This document shows, piece after piece, positions 48,796 to 52,193 of a DNA stretch of 52,193 nucleotides (within the stretch, counting starts at the first letter, position 1; every line of letters begins with the position of its first letter). The notes under the pieces are model-generated. The model saw only the letters and a program-made list of their open reading frames with translations, was not told where the DNA came from and did no database searches. The translations under genes and the position numbers were made by a program. The stretch covers positions 1-52,193 of the forward strand of contig JBDSWM010000403.1 of assembly GCA_039926685.1 (NCBI GenBank), in the 5' to 3' direction. Source of the DNA: Fibrobacteria bacterium. Its GTDB lineage: Bacteria; Fibrobacterota; Fibrobacteria; UBA11236.

Positions 48796-49842
48796 ATGAG
48801 AACGAAAACCGGCCTGGCCGCCTTATGCATAGCCGCCTTGGGCATGACCGTATCCGCCCAGAACCTGTCGATAAAGTCCGGGGGGGTTAACCGGACCTAT
48901 GTATTGCATGTTCCCGCCGCGGTGCCTGCCAATCCGCCGCTCATGTTCGTGCTCTGCGGACATGGCATGACCGGCGCGCAGCAGCAAAAAGATACCCAGA
49001 TGGATAAGATAGCCGACAGGGATAAATTCATCGTCGTGTATCCGGATGCCATAGACATGAACTGGGATCAATCCGGCACCAGCGATTTCGTTTTCTATCT
49101 GGCCCTGCTCGACTCCATCGACGCCAAGTACCATGTCGATCGCAACCGCGTTTACGCCGCGGGATTCTCCCAGGGCGCGGGCATGACCCATGCCGTAGGC
49201 TGCGGCTATGCCGAAAAATTCGCCGCCATCGCCCCCGTATCCGGGAACATTCCCGCCGTTTGCGCCCCCAAACGCGCCATCCCCATGTTCCTGACCTTCG
49301 GGACCAAGGACATAGCCACTCCGGATAAGTTCATGGCCAGCGCCGCGGCCTGGGCCCAACTCGATGACTGCCCCGCCGCGCCGACCGTGGTGCGGCCGTA
49401 TCCCTCCACCAATCCGAACTCCCTGGTCACGCGCATCACCTACGGGCCTTGCAAGAACGGGACGGAAGTGATCGCGGACTCCATCAAGGGCGGGCCGCAT
49501 GAATGGCCTATGGATACCCAGACCAAGGTGAACAACAGCGAGGAAGTGTGGGCGTTCTTCAAGAAGTTCACTCTCAGCGGCACCACGGCCATCGCGCCCG
49601 CGGCGGCCCGTCGGGACCATCCGGATGTCGAGGCTTTCTACTCCCGCGGCAGCGTGCGCCTGCGCGGGGTGGGGGAAACCGCCAAGATACGGATCCTGGA
49701 CGCCAGGGGAAGGCTCGCCGCCGTTTCCGGCGGACCCGAAGCCACCGGCGGAATAGCGTTTGCGGGCAGGGCGAGCGGCTTATACCATGTCATGGTAAGC
49801 GAAAAGGGCCGCTTCACGGCGCTGAAGGTGATGGTTCCCTGA
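48796..49842 (+). CDS. CE1/LpqC-like esterase (feruloyl or acetyl esterase-like) with CTD
   Basis: FIVVYPD, DRNRVYAAGFSQGA, FAAIAPVSG, GPHEWP, SEEVWAFF. Confidence 0.85.
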   Translation: MRTKTGLAALCIAALGMTVSAQNLSIKSGGVNRTYVLHVPAAVPANPPLMFVLCGHGMTGAQQQKDTQMDKIADRDKFIVVYPDAIDMNWDQSGTSDFVFYLALLDSIDAKYHVDRNRVYAAGFSQGAGMTHAVGCGYAEKFAAIAPVSGNIPAVCAPKRAIPMFLTFGTKDIATPDKFMASAAAWAQLDDCPAAPTVVRPYPSTNPNSLVTRITYGPCKNGTEVIADSIKGGPHEWPMDTQTKVNNSEEVWAFFKKFTLSGTTAIAPAAARRDHPDVEAFYSRGSVRLRGVGETAKIRILDARGRLAAVSGGPEATGGIAFAGRASGLYHVMVSEKGRFTALKVMVP

Positions 49843-49876
49843 ACCGAGGCCGCCGGCCCCGGCGCCTAACGGACCC

Positions 49877-52193
49877 TTATTTCATAATCGGCAGAACCAG
49901 GGTTTGGCGCCGGCCGGTTTCCGGCTGACTCAAGCGGATGACATAGGTTCCCGATCGGGGAATCCAATCGCTCAGAGCCGCGGAGATTTCCGAGTTAACC
50001 GTGCGGACCGCGAGGGCGCGCCCCCGCAAATCCAGCACTTCGGCCAGGACAACCGCGCCCGGGGCGATCTTAAGCCGGCTGCCGGCCAGGGACCAGGGAA
50101 AGCCGGCGCGACCGGCGGGCTGCGGCCGGACGCCGACGCTGTTCCAGTCAGCGGGCATGCGCGCGGCGATACCGCGCCCGGCCGTACTGCGGTAGACAAC
50201 GCCGAAGGTATTGGCGTCGCCGCGCACGAATCCCCCGTTGGCCAGGGCCCCGAAGCGATGCTTGGCATCGTCGATGCGCGTCCAGGTCTTGGCATCATCC
50301 ACGCTCTGGTACATTCCCAGCGCGCCGCCTATGGTGCCGTACATGTAGATGGCGGGGTAGGCCGCCCCGGGAGCGGCCTTGCCGAAGCCGACGGCTTCGC
50401 AATGCTGCACCTTTTGCGTATAAGCCGCGTCTTCGGCGGGATCCACGTTGACGAAGGTCTTGCCGCCGTCGGTGGAACGGGCCAGATAACCACCGTTGAC
50501 GCCGTCATAGGCATAGCCCGTCACCCAGAGATGGCCCTCTTTGCCCGGAGTCGCCTGCAAATCGGTGGTGGAAGAGAGGTTACGGCTGTCCACCTTGGCG
50601 AAGGTGGCGCCCTGGTCGGAACTCCGGAGGATGCCGTTGCTGAAGGCGTAGAAGACATTGGCGTTCACCGGATCCGCCAGCGGGCGCAGGTTCATGCCGG
50701 TGGCGCCGGTGGCGGGGACCCAGGTCGCGCCCCAATCGACGGTGCGATACAAGGTGCTCTTGCCTTCCGGATTCCACAGCACCGCCTTTCCATCCGAGGA
50801 TACGGCGATCTTGCCGCGATAGTTCTGGCCTGGCAGGGGATGGGTGGCGAATTTGGTCCAGGTGTTTCCCGTATCCGTCGAGTAATAGAGGGGGAACAGG
50901 TATTCGGCATTGTCGGCGGTCTTGTCGTTGCCGCCCACCCGCACCACGACGTTCGGCTTGGCCTTGGCGAAGTCGACGCCGCTGGTGGAACCGATCGCCG
51001 GGGTATGCCGCTTGAGCGGGGGCTTGGTGATATCGTGATGCACATAGCCGTCATAGTCGCCAATGACGGTGATGACGGGGCCTCCCGGAATGCTGACCAT
51101 GTCGAGGGGGACGGTTTCTTCCAGCCCGCGCGCGCAAAAATTCCAGGCGAAGCGCTGGCCCGGCGCCAGATTGTCGGTCATGTAAATGCCGTTCCCGGAC
51201 GTTACGAAGACGCGCTTGGGGTTGAATGGATCGAATTCCAGGCTGCCCGCCCAATGGATGCTTTCGCCTTCGATCCAGTCGTAGCCGGCCTTCCCGAGCA
51301 CGGCGATGGGCGCGTCGGCGGTAACGCCCGCTATCTGCGCATCGGTCAAATCGCCGAACACGCTTTTCCAGGTTTTCCCTCCGTCGCCGCTCGCGAAAAT
51401 CTTGTCCCCCCAGGCCGCTTTGCCCGACTGCTCCCAGATTTGCGGCTTCCAAGTATTGATGGACGCCACGATGATGTGGTTCGAATCGGACGCGTCCATG
51501 GAGAGGCCGCCAAAGCCGCCCAGATGGGCGTCCCATAGGGTTTGGCCGGGATGGGCGGGATCGGGGGGATCATCGAGGGAATTCTCGGGAGAGACGTTTT
51601 CCCAGGTCATGGAAGCCAGGTCGCACTTTAACAGCGCCCCGCGGCTGATGGTGGTGCCGCTGCCGAAGCCCGGGCCGGAGCCGTTGGCCACAGTAACGTA
51701 CAAGTAACGTCCTCCCGGGCTCAGGACCGCCCGCTGGGGCATGACTTGCTTGGAAAGCGCGGGCAGGGCCATCGTCGTCCAGGTTTTTCCGGCATCCTCG
51801 CTGAGGAAGAGATTGGCCCCGGCGTTCAAGGTGCCCAGGATGATCCGCTGGGTGACGCCGCCCGCGGCCCGGGTCTTGTCGAATAGGACGAACCCGATGC
51901 CGTCGCCGGAGGCCGGCTTGGCGAAGGTCGAGACCTGGCTCCACGTCGATCCCCGATCGGCGCTTTTCCAGAGCCCGGCGGCGCGCGTGCCGCATAACAG
52001 GATATCCGGTTGGTTGGGATCGACGGCGATGCGTTCGCCGTTTTGCCGGCCATAGCCGTTGCCATGCGTCTTGAACTGGGCGGTGACGTTGATGGTATCG
52101 AACGTCTCGCCATAGTCCGCGGAACGCAGGATCATGGTCTTGCCCAGGTTCCAATAGTCCGTGCCGGCCAGCATATACAGGCGTCCGGGCGTG
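49877..52193 (-). CDS. GH74 xyloglucanase (5' partial) with CTD
   Basis: HGNGYGRQNGERIAVDPN, multiple SxDxGxTW Asp-boxes, GLEETV, IGDYDG, VGFGKAAPG, TAGRGI. Confidence 0.92.
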   Translation of the reverse strand, partial: TPGRLYMLAGTDYWNLGKTMILRSADYGETFDTINVTAQFKTHGNGYGRQNGERIAVDPNQPDILLCGTRAAGLWKSADRGSTWSQVSTFAKPASGDGIGFVLFDKTRAAGGVTQRIILGTLNAGANLFLSEDAGKTWTTMALPALSKQVMPQRAVLSPGGRYLYVTVANGSGPGFGSGTTISRGALLKCDLASMTWENVSPENSLDDPPDPAHPGQTLWDAHLGGFGGLSMDASDSNHIIVASINTWKPQIWEQSGKAAWGDKIFASGDGGKTWKSVFGDLTDAQIAGVTADAPIAVLGKAGYDWIEGESIHWAGSLEFDPFNPKRVFVTSGNGIYMTDNLAPGQRFAWNFCARGLEETVPLDMVSIPGGPVITVIGDYDGYVHHDITKPPLKRHTPAIGSTSGVDFAKAKPNVVVRVGGNDKTADNAEYLFPLYYSTDTGNTWTKFATHPLPGQNYRGKIAVSSDGKAVLWNPEGKSTLYRTVDWGATWVPATGATGMNLRPLADPVNANVFYAFSNGILRSSDQGATFAKVDSRNLSSTTDLQATPGKEGHLWVTGYAYDGVNGGYLARSTDGGKTFVNVDPAEDAAYTQKVQHCEAVGFGKAAPGAAYPAIYMYGTIGGALGMYQSVDDAKTWTRIDDAKHRFGALANGGFVRGDANTFGVVYRSTAGRGIAARMPADWNSVGVRPQPAGRAGFPWSLAGSRLKIAPGAVVLAEVLDLRGRALAVRTVNSEISAALSDWIPRSGTYVIRLSQPETGRRQTLVLPIMK

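Overview
High-GC bacterial window, most consistent with a free-living, microaerobic/aerobic plant-polysaccharide degrader of the FCB group. Fibrobacterota-like is an inference from the C-terminal tails, the fused ccoNO and the absence of susCD pairs. Contents, left to right: (1) an AA10 LPMO-like gene at the left edge, missed by the ORF track, whose predicted mature N-terminus is Asp instead of the essential His1, next to a TlpA-like thioredoxin lipoprotein, a DUF4380-like protein and a PQQ-type sugar dehydrogenase; (2) a complete cbb3 oxidase operon (dsbD2-cytc-ccoS-ccoNO-Q-P-G-H-I); (3) an MBOAT/partner pair, two methyltransferases and a GT2; (4) many secreted CAZymes and esterases (clan GH-A hydrolase, GH10, GH27, GH74, CE1-, CE6- and SGNH-like) carrying T9SS-like or short DxxGR C-terminal tails; (5) a tandem triplication of secreted ThuA-like genes behind a beta-barrel gene; (6) at least six broken genes, two with Trp-to-stop changes and four with truncations or deletions. 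No rRNA, tRNA, CRISPR array, transposase or integrase was recognised. Family assignments come from motif recognition by eye, not database searches.
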